A DNA stretch of 64,000 nucleotides, from positions 1 through 64,000 of the IMG/VR virus record IMGVR_UViG_3300009034_001352, one strand, 5' to 3'. Below, piece after piece: positions 50,810-62,250 of the stretch (position 1 is the stretch's first letter; every line of letters begins with the position of its first letter). This stretch comes from an uncultured virus (IMG/VR IMGVR_UViG_3300009034_001352). Taxonomy: Duplodnaviria; Heunggongvirae; Uroviricota; Caudoviricetes. A program made the position numbers and the translations under genes. The notes beneath the pieces were generated by a model, which was not told where the DNA came from, did no database searches, and saw only the letters and a list, made by a program, of their open reading frames with translations.

Positions 50810-51277
50810 ATGGAAGAGAGAGATTTATCAAATGATTTAAAAATAAATAAATTTAAATTAGAAGATGCTTGTGAAATTCAGCCTTCTTTATATATGTATT
50901 ATGCAGAAGAATTAGCTACAACTAAAGTACAAAAAGATATTATTGATGATAAGTTAGATTTTGTTATGTCTGAAGTAGAATTAGCTATAAGAGAAAAACC
51001 ACCAGAAGGAATAAAGATTACTGAATCAACGATAAAATCTTTGCTGGTAAAAAATTCAGGAATACAAAGATATAAGGAAAAATTGAGAAAAGCAAAAGAA
51101 AAGGTATACTACCTTGAAGCTGCTGTAAAAGCATTAGAACATCGTAAACATGAACTAAATAATTTAGTGACTTTATATGTTGCCGGATATTATTCTAAAC
51201 CTGTTGGGAAAAGAGAAAATCCAAGGGATCAAGCAAGAAAAAAACTTAAAAGAAATTTAAATAAGAAAGGAGATTAA
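50810..51277 (+). CDS. UvsY-like recombination mediator (putative)
   Basis: Helical, KITESTIK...ALEHRK pattern; upstream of SSB and RecA. Confidence 0.55.
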   Translation: MEERDLSNDLKINKFKLEDACEIQPSLYMYYAEELATTKVQKDIIDDKLDFVMSEVELAIREKPPEGIKITESTIKSLLVKNSGIQRYKEKLRKAKEKVYYLEAAVKALEHRKHELNNLVTLYVAGYYSKPVGKRENPRDQARKKLKRNLNKKGD

Positions 51278-51280
51278 ATA

Positions 51281-52297
51281 ATGAAGAGAAAAAAGAAATC
51301 TTTATCAAGTCTTAATAGACGAATGGTACATAGTCATAAAACGAGAGGAGGTTCAACTACTGTTTTCTCATTATCAGGTGATGTTAAATGGTATAAACCA
51401 AAAGAAGGTAGAAATAAAATTGTAATTTTACCATTTGAAATTAAATCAGAAAAACATCCTCTTGTAGCGACTAATCAACAAGGATGGGAAATAGGAGAAC
51501 AGGATTATGTGATGGATATTTATATCCATAGAAGAATTGGGCCAATGGATAAAGATATAGTTTGTCCATTAAAGAGTTATAATAAAAAATGTCCTATTTG
51601 TGAATTAGAAGAAGAATACAAAGAACAAGGAAAAGATAAAGAAGCTGGTTTATTAAGATCATCAAGAAGAGCTTTTTATAATGTAATAAATGTGAATAAA
51701 CCAGAGGCAGGAGTGTTAATATTTGGTGTGAGTCATAAACTTTTTGAAATTGAACTTATTGATGAATCCAGAGCATCTGCTGAAGATGACAGTTATATTA
51801 ATTTTTCTGATTTGAATAATGGATGTGTTATTGAGTTTAGAGGAAAAACTGAATATTTTGGTAAAAATGAATATTTAGAGTTCCGATCGTTTAAATTTCG
51901 TGAAAGAAGTGAAGAGATAGATGAAGCTATAGAGGATTGTAAAGAAGATGTAGTTAGTTTTGATGAATGTCTTAATCTTTTGAATTATGAAGAGATTCGA
52001 GATATACTTTATGGAGCTGATGAAAATGAAGAAGAAGAAAAATCGAAAAAAAGAAAAAGTAAGAAAAAGGAAAATGAAATTGATGACGAAGAAGTTTATG
52101 AAAATGATGAAGAAAATAATGACGAAGAGATTTCTAAAAAAAATAAAAAGAAAGATAAGAAGAAATCAACAAAAGAAAAAATGAAAAAGAAAAAAAGTAG
52201 ATGTCCTCATGGTTATGAGTTTGGAATAGATGTAGATCAATATAAGGATTGTGATGATTGTGATGAATGGGAAGATTGTTCAGAGGAAGAGGAATGA
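51281..52297 (+). CDS. gp32-like single-stranded DNA-binding protein
   Basis: H...CP..Y.K.CPICE Zn motif, acidic tail. Confidence 0.7.
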   Translation: MKRKKKSLSSLNRRMVHSHKTRGGSTTVFSLSGDVKWYKPKEGRNKIVILPFEIKSEKHPLVATNQQGWEIGEQDYVMDIYIHRRIGPMDKDIVCPLKSYNKKCPICELEEEYKEQGKDKEAGLLRSSRRAFYNVINVNKPEAGVLIFGVSHKLFEIELIDESRASAEDDSYINFSDLNNGCVIEFRGKTEYFGKNEYLEFRSFKFRERSEEIDEAIEDCKEDVVSFDECLNLLNYEEIRDILYGADENEEEEKSKKRKSKKKENEIDDEEVYENDEENNDEEISKKNKKKDKKKSTKEKMKKKKSRCPHGYEFGIDVDQYKDCDDCDEWEDCSEEEE

Positions 52298-52701
52298 AAA
52301 ATTGGCTTACTACCACAGAGGCTTTGAAATATTGTAAGAGTAGAGATCGGTCTTTAACAAAGACCGGTCTTAAATATCTTGGTCTTTTGCATAGATTTGT
52401 AAGAAAAAAAGAGAATGGACATCATCTTGAATATAATATTAGTGGATTGGATAGAATTACAAGATTATCTGAACCACCAGAAGGATACATTTCAGCAAAA
52501 CATATTTCAAATAAATTAGATATTAAATTAGAAAATATTTATAGAATTTTAAAAAAATATAAAATAAAAACTTATAAATATGGATTTAGAAATATTTATT
52601 ATTTTTTAGAGGAGGAATTTGTTGATGCCTACAATGAAAACGAAGAACAAAGAGATAAAGAATGTAATAATGAAAAGGAATCAAAAATCAGAAAAGATTG
52701 A
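52294..52701 (+). CDS. HTH DNA-binding protein
   Basis: WLTTTEAL; YISAKHIS.KLDI...IYR. Confidence 0.5.
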   Translation: MKNWLTTTEALKYCKSRDRSLTKTGLKYLGLLHRFVRKKENGHHLEYNISGLDRITRLSEPPEGYISAKHISNKLDIKLENIYRILKKYKIKTYKYGFRNIYYFLEEEFVDAYNENEEQRDKECNNEKESKIRKD

Positions 52702-53878
52702 AAAAAGATTTTTAACTGGAAGTGATCTTCTTGATATTGTTATTGGAGGAGGAATTGGAAAAGGATATCCTGCTGGACGCATAATTAATATTGTAGGGGA
52801 TAAGTCAAGTGGCAAAACATTTCTTGCATGTGAATTGATAGCTAATGCATATTATAAATATGGAAAAAAGTTTAAATGGATTTACGATGATTGTGAAAGT
52901 GGTTTTACTTTTGATACATTAAAATTATATGGAATAGAGATTATACCAAAATCTGATGATAAAAAAATAAAAAGTAACACGGTTGAAGAATTGTATTGTA
53001 ATTATAGAAGGTTTTTGGAAAGTATTAAAAAAGATGAAGTAGGTATTTATGTGATTGATTCTCTTGATGGATTGAGTAGTAATGAAATATTAAATAGAAG
53101 TAATGAAAGATATAAAAAATGGGAGGATGATAAAGAATTTAAGAAAGGATCTTATCAGATGGGAGCAGCTAAATTTTTTAGTCAAGAATTTTTTAGAGGT
53201 TTAGCTGGAAGTTCACATGACAAGAATGTTTTGCTTTGTATTATAAGTCAGGTTAGATGTAATATTGATCCTATGAATTTTAAAAAGTTCACAAGATCAG
53301 GTGGAAAAGCATTAGATCATTATTGTAATACTGTTTTGTGGTTAGCTAATATGAAAAAAATAAAAAGAAGAGATAGAATAATTGGTATAATAATAAAAGC
53401 AAAATTAGATAAAAGTAAAACACCAAGACCATATAGAGAATGTGTTTTTCCTGTTTTGTTTGATTATGGAATAGATAATATAGGAGCAAATATTGATTAT
53501 CTTTTTGATTTGAGAACTAAAACAGGAGAACTGTCAACTGATGCAAATAAGATAGTTTGGAAAGGTGAAAAAATAACAGCTTCAATTTTAAAAGATTTTA
53601 TTAAAGAAAAAAATATTGGGGAAGAATGGAAAGAATATAAAAAAGAAAATGGAACTGGGAAAAAAGAGGATATGATTAATTTTTTGAAAACACATAAAAA
53701 ATGTAATAAAGACTTTGTGAAAAGATTTGGTGAATCTAAAACAAAAGAAGAACTTATAAATTGGATTGAATCAGAGAAAATGGAAAATGAACTTAAAAAA
53801 AGAGTGAGGATAAAATGGGAAGCAATAGAAGAAGATATAAAAATAAAAAGATTAAGAAAGTACAACAAAGTCTATTGA
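52625..53878 (+). CDS. recA: RecA/UvsX-like recombinase
   Basis: TGS..LD, G.P.GRI..I.GDKSSGKT, VIDSL, ISQVR, SGGKAL. Confidence 0.9.
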   Translation: MPTMKTKNKEIKNVIMKRNQKSEKIEKRFLTGSDLLDIVIGGGIGKGYPAGRIINIVGDKSSGKTFLACELIANAYYKYGKKFKWIYDDCESGFTFDTLKLYGIEIIPKSDDKKIKSNTVEELYCNYRRFLESIKKDEVGIYVIDSLDGLSSNEILNRSNERYKKWEDDKEFKKGSYQMGAAKFFSQEFFRGLAGSSHDKNVLLCIISQVRCNIDPMNFKKFTRSGGKALDHYCNTVLWLANMKKIKRRDRIIGIIIKAKLDKSKTPRPYRECVFPVLFDYGIDNIGANIDYLFDLRTKTGELSTDANKIVWKGEKITASILKDFIKEKNIGEEWKEYKKENGTGKKEDMINFLKTHKKCNKDFVKRFGESKTKEELINWIESEKMENELKKRVRIKWEAIEEDIKIKRLRKYNKVY

Positions 53879-54466
53879 AAGATTTTGATTTAACCAAAAA
53901 AGATTTATTCAGTGTTTGGTTGGCTTATATTCATAATATAGCAAAAGGAAAAAGTCAAAAAGAAACATTACAAAAGTTAAAAGTTTGTGAAGATATAATA
54001 GAAAATGAATTGGATTATTTTACAGCTTTTGGTTTAACTATGATTACACAAATATTAAGTGAGGAAATATAATGAAAAAAGTTAAAATATTTGAAAGTTA
54101 TAATAAACATGAATTAGAAATAGAAATGAATAATTGGATGAAAAAGAATGAATGTGAAATAGATATATTTTTTGTGAGACAATCAGTAAGTTCGGATTCT
54201 AAAGATTCTACATATTTGATCATTTCTATTTGGTATGAGGAAATATAATGGAATATATTGAAATAGCTGCTAAAATGTTAGATTGTAAAGTTGAAGATAT
54301 GGAAAAAGATTGTATAGGTTTAGTTAGATTATTAAATGATATGAATAAATTTTGTGAAAGTGTGGAAGGAAAATTAAAATCAAGACAAGAGATTGCTTTA
54401 ATTATTTATTCTTATTATCAAGATGATAAAATATTAAAAGCATCTTTTGGATTTTAGGAGATTGAA

Positions 54467-54994
54467 ATGAATTATATAAATTTTACAAGAGAAGAAATAG
54501 AATATTTGATAAATTATTTTGAAAGTGAATGTAATGGGATGATTAAAAATTCTATGTTTTTTGAAGCAAAATTATATAAAAAATTAAAAAGATCTTTAAT
54601 TCCAATAAAGATATCAAGTAGAAAGGAAAAGGGAAAAAATCTTCAAAAATGGATTTGTAATAAAATAGCTAATCTATTGGGAATTAAATATAATCAACAA
54701 GATGATCAATGTGAAATTCATTCAAGAGAGATGGGGCAATCAGGAGTGGATATAATATTGAGAGGAAAAGCTTTGAAGAGATTTCCATTTTCAATCGAAT
54801 GTAAAAGTTCAGAACAATTCAATTTTAAGAATACTATAGAACAGATAAGAAATAATTCAACAGATGATACAGATTGGTTAATTGTTTATAAAAAGAAAGT
54901 TTTTAGAAATCCAGTAGTAATTATGGGATGGTATGCTTTTGAAAGACTTTTTGAAAAAGGAGTAAAAAATGGCAAAGGGAATATTGTGGACTGA
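54467..54994 (+). CDS. PD-(D/E)xK Holliday junction resolvase-like nuclease
   Basis: K.KG..LQ, MGQSGVDI, FPFSIECK. Confidence 0.75.
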   Translation: MNYINFTREEIEYLINYFESECNGMIKNSMFFEAKLYKKLKRSLIPIKISSRKEKGKNLQKWICNKIANLLGIKYNQQDDQCEIHSREMGQSGVDIILRGKALKRFPFSIECKSSEQFNFKNTIEQIRNNSTDDTDWLIVYKKKVFRNPVVIMGWYAFERLFEKGVKNGKGNIVD

Positions 54995-55162
54995 TTATGA
55001 AAAAAATTATCTTATAAAGAATTATGGAAAGATTTCAGTTGTAAAAATAGCAAAACATTTGAAAAAAACAGAAAAACAAATATATGATTATGCTTCACTT
55101 TTAAGAACAAAAGGCGAATATCTTAAATATTTAAAAAGATGATATTAAAAAGGAGATAAATT

Positions 55163-55570
55163 ATGAGATTGAAATATGGGGCTAAAAGAGCGAGATTGTT
55201 TGGTGTAAAAATGGTAGTGTTTCTGTCATTTACTTTTGTTGCAATAATAAGTGTTCTTTATCTTGTTAATATTACTATGATTGATGAAAATGATATTCTA
55301 CGATTGACTCGTCATCAAGTGATTTATTTAGCTTGTATGTTAATATTTATAGGGTCATCTGCCGGTTCTCTTTCTGTGATGTTTTTTCGGCGTGAAACTT
55401 TTTCTTCTTATTTGTTTGATAAATCAATAGAGGAGTTGAGTGTGGCAGCTGCTCAAATAGAAAAAATAAAGAAAGCGAGAATAGAGGATAAAGAAAAAAC
55501 ATTAGAACTTGAACTTTTAAGAGAGAAAAAGAAGGAAGAAAAATTTAATAGAAAAAAGGAAAATAAATGA
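55163..55570 (+). CDS. Membrane protein (two TM helices)
   Basis: Hydrophobic segments, AGGAG SD. Confidence 0.55.
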   Translation: MRLKYGAKRARLFGVKMVVFLSFTFVAIISVLYLVNITMIDENDILRLTRHQVIYLACMLIFIGSSAGSLSVMFFRRETFSSYLFDKSIEELSVAAAQIEKIKKARIEDKEKTLELELLREKKKEEKFNRKKENK

Positions 55571-56014
55571 TAATTGGACTTATCTTATTGTATTTTTTTG
55601 CTATGGCAGCAGGGAAATGTATGGATGATGATGGTGATGATAATGTATCTTTAGGTTTAACTATTATTTGTTGGATAATAATTATAATTATGTTATCTGT
55701 AGAAGGAATTTAATAATGATACATATAATGAAATTGATATTACAAATGTTAATTTTATTAGTTATTAGTGTTTTTATGTTTGGAATTATTATTGTTATAG
55801 TAATGGTGATATTTATTCTTGTAGATGAGTTTAATAATGGATATTAAAGAAATTGAATCACTTGATAAATTGAAATCAGGAGATATAATAATTCATAAAT
55901 GGTCTCATAAACCTTATATAATAATAGGACTTAATCCTTTAATAGGAGTGAGATGTTATCGGATAACAAATGTTGTAGAATGGAAAAAAATTATTTTAAA
56001 TAAGGGGAAATAAT

Positions 56015-56602
56015 ATGAATATTGATTTTTTATCTGTATATGGGTTTTCTTATGCAATAAAAGGTATGCGAAAATCATTTAATTCAGAAGAAAAATCAGA
56101 TACTAATTTTTTGGTAGACGATAATTTAAATCCAGATATAGGAGAAAAAGATTTGTCTCTTCTTTTGAAACTTGTTAAATCTGGAGATGCTCACGCAAAA
56201 TGTATGCGATTTGTAATTGCTTATTTGGAAATAAATGCTCCCAGATATTGGTGGCAGCAATTTGATACTTACAAAATAGGAGTGGAACAATTAAGTCAAT
56301 CAACTATGCATACTATGATGGAGATGCCATTAGAAATAAGTGATTTTGAAATTGATAAACATGATGAAGAAATGAAAGATCTTATAAAGATATTAAATTT
56401 TTATATAAGACATAAAATGTTTAAAAAAGTTAAAATATTTCTTCCTGAATCATTTTTACAGACTCGTATGATATGTTGTAATTATCAATCGTTAAGGCAT
56501 ATATATTTACAAAGAAAAAATCATAGATTGGAAGAATGGCATTATTTTTGTGATTGGATTGATAACAATATGCCTCATAGTGAATTTATAACAGAGGAAT
56601 AA
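56015..56602 (+). CDS. thyX: ThyX-like flavin-dependent thymidylate synthase (divergent)
   Basis: H.KCMR, APRYWWQQFDTY, SQSTMH, LPESF, NY..LR.IY.QR..HRL.EW. Confidence 0.6.
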   Translation: MNIDFLSVYGFSYAIKGMRKSFNSEEKSDTNFLVDDNLNPDIGEKDLSLLLKLVKSGDAHAKCMRFVIAYLEINAPRYWWQQFDTYKIGVEQLSQSTMHTMMEMPLEISDFEIDKHDEEMKDLIKILNFYIRHKMFKKVKIFLPESFLQTRMICCNYQSLRHIYLQRKNHRLEEWHYFCDWIDNNMPHSEFITEE

Positions 56603-56651
56603 TGTTGTGGAATGGGAAAAAGTTATTTTAAAGAATGAAGAAGGATAATAA

Positions 56652-58239
56652 ATGTTTTATATGAGACATTATATTGATAAGCCAGAAAAATTAAAAATAT
56701 TATTAACTTGTCCTATGTGTTTGAAAGATATGTATAATAATATTAAAAAATTACCTGATAAGAATATGAATTTAGTTGAAAGTAAAGAAATTATTGTGAA
56801 AGAGGAAATAAAAAGAAGTAAAGAATATGAGATTACTTGTCCACACTGCAAAAGATTTTCTATAACTTATATAAATCAATTAGAAAATGAAGAAAGAAAC
56901 ATAAATGAAACGGAAGCAAAACGGATAATAGATGAAAATATAGTTCATCCTATTGAATGGGATATGTCAGATGAAAATTTATTGGAGGAAAATGATAAAT
57001 TATAATGGGTGTGAAGGGAATATGTAGGATTGGCTATTTTTTAGTAATAATAATTACGGAAATTATGGAGGTGGACAAGGTATTGTATACCATAGTTTGA
57101 TTGATTTTTTTGAGAAAGATAGATTGAAATTAAAGATTACAATAAAAAGAATAATAAAATATTTATTAAAAAAATAATAAATCAACAAAAGATTCTGTAA
57201 GAAATGGAGATTGGAGAGGATCAAGATGAAAAGGAGAAATAAATGAATAAATTAATGCAATTACCAAAATCTTTTAAATATTTAAAAGATGATTCTTTGA
57301 TAAAACGTTTAGTTTATGTTCGAGACACAATAAACAGAGTTCCTATAGGTGTTGTTCTTATTACTGTTGATGGATATGTTGGTTGGAGTATGTTGAATGT
57401 AAATTCAGAAGATAAATGGGATAGAATTTTTGGAATAAGAAAGGCTTTATTCAGAGCACGTTCTAAAAAAAGTATTAAGAAAATTAGATCTTATATTTAT
57501 GAGAGAATAGATAATCAACCCGTTTCTAATAGGAAAAATAGATCACTTATAGTAAGATTTGGTTGGTTATATGCCATTTTAGGACAAATAGTAATAGGAA
57601 ATAATGGAGGTGAAAAACAAAATGATAGATAATTATGAAGAATTAGCGGATATGGATTGTAAAAAATGTTATGGTAGAGGATATATTGGAATGAATCCTA
57701 AAACAAAAAAGATTGGTAATTATTGTAAATGTGTAATAAGGAATTATAGAAAGAAAAAGAGAGAAAAAAATAATGAAAAATTGTAATTATTGTAAAAGAT
57801 ATAATGAATGTTTATATCGAAAAAAATTAAAAGAAATTATTAGTTCATTTTTTTCAGTTCATAAATATATCCTCGAAGAAAAAAACAATAATACAAATAA
57901 GGCTATATCTATTTCTAATCATTTAGCAGAATATTGTTTTTTTATGAAAATATCTGGAGAAATAAAATAAAATGAGATTGTAGTAAGGATGGGAAAAAAT
58001 AATTATAGGAAAAAATGATGGACTATAGTAAGTTAATTGATAAAAGAGAATCTTATGAGAATTTGGTTTGGAAAGTATTGTTGCAAGCAATTAAAGATTT
58101 GGGTGATAAATGGAAAAATAATAGAAAAAGCGCTATTTATTTTTTTGAATCAGGTGACTATAAATATTGGTGTAAATTAATAAATTTAGATGCTAAAAGT
58201 TTTTATGATTATTATAAAAAAAATAATAGGAGAAAATAA
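56652..58239 (+). other. Cluster of small hypothetical ORFs, several with Zn-finger motifs
   Basis: ORF track. Confidence 0.5.
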
Positions 58240-58424
58240 TGAGTTTAAAAAAAATAAACTTACAGATAAATAAATTGAAGAAAAAGATAAAAAATATAGA
58301 AGGGACAGAATGTGAAGTTTATAGTAGAATTGTTGGTTATTATAGATCTGTAAAGAATTGGAATCCTGGTAGAAAAGCAGAATATAAAAAACGTAAAGGA
58401 TTTCAAATTAAAGAAGAAAAATGA
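58239..58424 (+). CDS. Stand-alone NrdD C-terminal-like peptide
   Basis: CEVYSRIVGYYRSVKNWNPGRKAEY..R. Confidence 0.75.
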   Translation: MSLKKINLQINKLKKKIKNIEGTECEVYSRIVGYYRSVKNWNPGRKAEYKKRKGFQIKEEK

Positions 58425-58667
58425 AAATGATAATAAAATTATTTAACAATATTAAATGGAAATATAAAAAAATAAAAGAAAATTATAGATATTGGAAAAA
58501 AACAAAAATCATTAACTTTAGATAGATACAGAATTATATATGAGAGAAAGAAGATGAATAATGATTATTGGCAAGCACAAGAGGACAGATTTCAAAAGCA
58601 TATACAGCAACAGGAATTATTTACAAAACAAGAATTACAAAATATTATTTATAAAGAGGAAAAATAA

Positions 58668-58991
58668 ATGAAAATATACATATCAGGACAAATAACAGGA
58701 GATCCAAATTATAAAGAAAAATTTCTTTTTTATAATGAAATATTGAGAAAAAAATTTCCATCTGTTGAAATATTTAATCCTGCTATTGAAATTGAAAAAG
58801 AAAAATATTGGAATCAATGGATTTGGGAAACATATATTGTATGGGGAATTTTTATGTTAGATGGCTGTGATATGATATATATGATTCCAGATTGGAACCA
58901 ATCACAAGGGGCTATCATAGAAAGAGAATATGCAAAAATAAAAGGAATAGCAATCGAGTATTTTAAAACTTTATATAGAAAGGAGAAGTAG
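58668..58991 (+). CDS. DUF4406 / nucleoside deoxyribosyltransferase-like protein
   Basis: KIYISGQITG, FNPA, CD.IY...W..S.GA..E. Confidence 0.8.
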   Translation: MKIYISGQITGDPNYKEKFLFYNEILRKKFPSVEIFNPAIEIEKEKYWNQWIWETYIVWGIFMLDGCDMIYMIPDWNQSQGAIIEREYAKIKGIAIEYFKTLYRKEK

Positions 58992-59091
58992 ATGAGAAAG
59001 CCTAAAAATAAATTTGAAAGAAAAGGATTAATAATTTTGATAATTTTGATAATATCATTCAATATCTTTATTTATAAAGGAGGAAAAATAA

Positions 59092-60789
59092 ATGATAACA
59101 AAATTAACAAATGAACAAAAGTTAAAATTAAAAGAATATAAAGATAGATACATTAAAATTGGATTAAATACAGATCGAATTAATAAAAAAGAATGTAGAA
59201 AAGATGTAAATAATTTATATAAACATATTTTAAAAAAGAAAATACCTAAAAAAATTATTATTTGCGACAGTCCATATCAATTATGGCATAATCTTTGTTT
59301 TTATATAATTATTACGAAATCAATAAATAATAATGTAGTTTGGAATGAAGTTAGGAAGGAAGTTTGGAATGTAGTTAATGATAAAATTAGTGATAAAGTT
59401 TGGAATGAAGTTAGTGATAAAGTTAGGAATGAAGTTAGTAATGAAGTTTGGAATGAAGTTTGGAATGAAGTTAATGATAAAGTTTGGAATGAAGTTAGTG
59501 ATAAAGTTTGGAATGAAGTTAGGAAGGAAGTTTGGAATGTAGTTAATGATAAAATTAGTGATAAAGTTAGGAAGGCAGTTAATGATAAAATTAGTGATAA
59601 AGTTTGGAATGAAGTTAGGAATGAAGTTAGTAATGTAGTTAGTAATGTAGTTAGGAATGTAGTTTGGAATGAAGTTAGGAATGAAGTTAGTGATAAAGTT
59701 TGGAATGTAGTTTGGAATGTAGTTAGTAATGTAGTTAGTAATGAAGTTAGTAATGAAGTTAGTAATGAAGTTAGTAATGAAGTTAGTGATAAAGTTAGTA
59801 ATGAAGTTAGTAATGAAGTTAGTGATAAAGTTAGGAATGTAGTTTGGAATGAAGTTAGTGATAAAGTTAGTAATGAAGTTAGTAATGAAGTTAGGAATAA
59901 AGTTAGTGATAAAGTTAGTAATGAAGTTTGGAATGCAGTTAGGAATGAAGTTAGTGATAAAGTTTGGAATGAAGTTAGTAATGAAGTTAGTAATGAAGTT
60001 AGTAATGAAGTTAGTAATGAAGTTAGGAATGAAGTTTGGAATGTAGTTAGTGATAAAGTTTGGAATGTAGTTAGTGATAAAGTTTGGAATGTAGTTAGTA
60101 ATGAGAAAAAATATTTAATTAATTTTATATATCCTTTTTTAGATGGCAATTTCAATTCATATTATTTTAGTTTTTATTCATTTTTTATTAATGAATGCAA
60201 AATTCAGATAACAAATAAATATTTTATATATGAAAAATTGTGTGATTATAGTCTTATCTATCCATTTAATAAAATTTGTTTTATTTCTGAAAAACCAAAT
60301 GAAATAAATTTAATCAATAATAAATTACATGCTGATTTAAAGCCAGCATTAAAATATTCTGATGGTTTTAGTATATATTCTTTAAACGGCACAATTATGC
60401 CCAAATGGATTGTTATGACAAAAAAAGAAGATATGAAAATAGAAGATATATTTAAATTAAAAAATATAGAACAGAGATTGGAAGCAATAAAAAAAATGGG
60501 CGATTTATTTTTTGAGAAAATGAAATCTATGATTTATGATAAAAAAGAAATATATTTAGATGGCAATCAAAAAGTATATTTAAAAAATATAGGAAATTTA
60601 AAAAAAGTAAATTATGAATTGTTAGGAATTAATATAAAAGATGTTGATAAAGAAATGAAAGTATTAAAAATGGAAAATCCATCAACAAATGAAATTCATT
60701 ATGAAATGGTAAATCCAGAATGTAAACAGATTTTAGATGCTTTTGAATTTAGAACAGGAATACGTAGTTTTCCTGCATATTTAAGTTAA
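59092..60789 (+). CDS. DUF6745-like protein with long internal tetrapeptide repeat
   Basis: (W/S/R)N(E/V)V and SDKV repeats; LH....PA..YSDG..IY.LNG. Confidence 0.7.
   Translation: MITKLTNEQKLKLKEYKDRYIKIGLNTDRINKKECRKDVNNLYKHILKKKIPKKIIICDSPYQLWHNLCFYIIITKSINNNVVWNEVRKEVWNVVNDKISDKVWNEVSDKVRNEVSNEVWNEVWNEVNDKVWNEVSDKVWNEVRKEVWNVVNDKISDKVRKAVNDKISDKVWNEVRNEVSNVVSNVVRNVVWNEVRNEVSDKVWNVVWNVVSNVVSNEVSNEVSNEVSNEVSDKVSNEVSNEVSDKVRNVVWNEVSDKVSNEVSNEVRNKVSDKVSNEVWNAVRNEVSDKVWNEVSNEVSNEVSNEVSNEVRNEVWNVVSDKVWNVVSDKVWNVVSNEKKYLINFIYPFLDGNFNSYYFSFYSFFINECKIQITNKYFIYEKLCDYSLIYPFNKICFISEKPNEINLINNKLHADLKPALKYSDGFSIYSLNGTIMPKWIVMTKKEDMKIEDIFKLKNIEQRLEAIKKMGDLFFEKMKSMIYDKKEIYLDGNQKVYLKNIGNLKKVNYELLGINIKDVDKEMKVLKMENPSTNEIHYEMVNPECKQILDAFEFRTGIRSFPAYLS
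59332..60103 (+). repeat. 12-nt tandem repeat tract
   Basis: Units such as agtaatgaagtt, tggaatgaagtt, agtgataaagtt. Confidence 0.95.
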
Positions 60790-60809
60790 ATAATTTAGGA
60801 GGAACAAAT

Positions 60810-61136
60810 ATGAAAAGAAAAGAATATGTTCATCATGGGGATATTTTATTAGTACCTATTGATGAAATTCCAAAAGGAATAAAAAGAATAAAAGAAGAAA
60901 AATTAATTCTTGCAGAAGGAGAAATAACAGGACATATGCATGAGATTGTTAATAATAAAAAAGCTGAATTATATTTTGATGTTAAGAAAAATAAAATGTA
61001 TTTAAATGTACTTGAGCCAACTTTTTTGAAACATCAACAACACTATAAAATACAAATAGAAACCGGTTATTATTATGTTAATAGAGTTAATGAATATGAT
61101 TATTTTGAAAAACAAAAAAGAAAAGTACAGGATTGA
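60810..61136 (+). CDS. Conserved His-rich small protein
   Basis: HGD...LAEGEITGHMH...H.QH; typical neighbour of the preceding family. Confidence 0.65.
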   Translation: MKRKEYVHHGDILLVPIDEIPKGIKRIKEEKLILAEGEITGHMHEIVNNKKAELYFDVKKNKMYLNVLEPTFLKHQQHYKIQIETGYYYVNRVNEYDYFEKQKRKVQD

Positions 61137-61177
61137 AAATAAGGATATTGAAACAATAATAATTAAGGAGGAATAAA

Positions 61178-61528
61178 ATGAAAAAAATTATTATTTTAAT
61201 GGTTATTATTTTAGGGATTGTAGGATGTAATTTACAAGAAAAACAGCAATTATATGATTTTACTGGATTTTGGAAAGTTACAAAATCAACTGATTCAGAG
61301 ATAAATTATTATGAAGTTGATAGAAATAATCGTTTTTATCAATATAATTTATCTTTACTGCCAATAAATAGAGGAGTGATTTTTTGCCATGATGATATTA
61401 TTGTATTTGGATATGTTTCAAATTCTCATGTGAGATATGCAATACACAAAATAAATCAGATAGATGAAGATGGATTAGTTTTGTACAATAGAAATAATAA
61501 TGAGAAATTATATTTTACAAAAATGTAA
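61178..61528 (+). CDS. Putative lipoprotein
   Basis: MKK signal with IVGC lipobox. Confidence 0.6.
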   Translation: MKKIIILMVIILGIVGCNLQEKQQLYDFTGFWKVTKSTDSEINYYEVDRNNRFYQYNLSLLPINRGVIFCHDDIIVFGYVSNSHVRYAIHKINQIDEDGLVLYNRNNNEKLYFTKM

Positions 61529-62250
61529 ATAATTTTTAACAATTTAAAAAAGTAAATCAAAAAGTATTAAAATTAAATAATAATAGGAGAAATAAATGAA
61601 AAGATGTGATTATTCAGGAATAGAATGTGAATATATTGATAAAGCAAATAGATATATAAAAATGTGGAGAATGTTAGAAACAAAAATAGATGATATATTA
61701 TTCTTTGCAGAAAATAAGATAGAATGGGAAATTTATAATAATGTAGATATTGAAATGAAAAGAATAGAAAAAAAGGCTTTAAAAGATGAATAGAAAAATA
61801 AAATTAAGGCGTATGAAAGATTGGTCAAAAAAAGAAAAAATGGAATTAAAAGAATATTTTAATAAAGAAATATATAAAGCGCATCTTGATGATACTTGGT
61901 GGAGCGATAAAATATTAGAAATGGAGGAAAAATATCAAAATGAAAAATAAATTATTTGATATAATAAGTGGAATTGTTTCAGGATTTTTTCATATAATAG
62001 GGATAATTATAATTACGAGTGTATTTACTATCCTACTTATAATTGCAAAAACAATAGAGCAATATATAGTAATTGCTATAATAACACCTATTTTTATATT
62101 GATTATTTTTATAATTATAATAAATTTATTTGAAATATTTAAAAAAATTTAAAAATTCATACTATACAGAATTATTTTCATACTATAAGACAATTTTTTT
62201 ATAAAAACTATTTACTTTTTCATATAGTATAGTATTATATATAATATACT

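Noticed and set aside
59301..60155. 284-aa minus-strand ORF and 65-aa alternate-frame ORF in the repeat tract
   Set aside because: Shadow frames created by the stop-free 12-nt repeat
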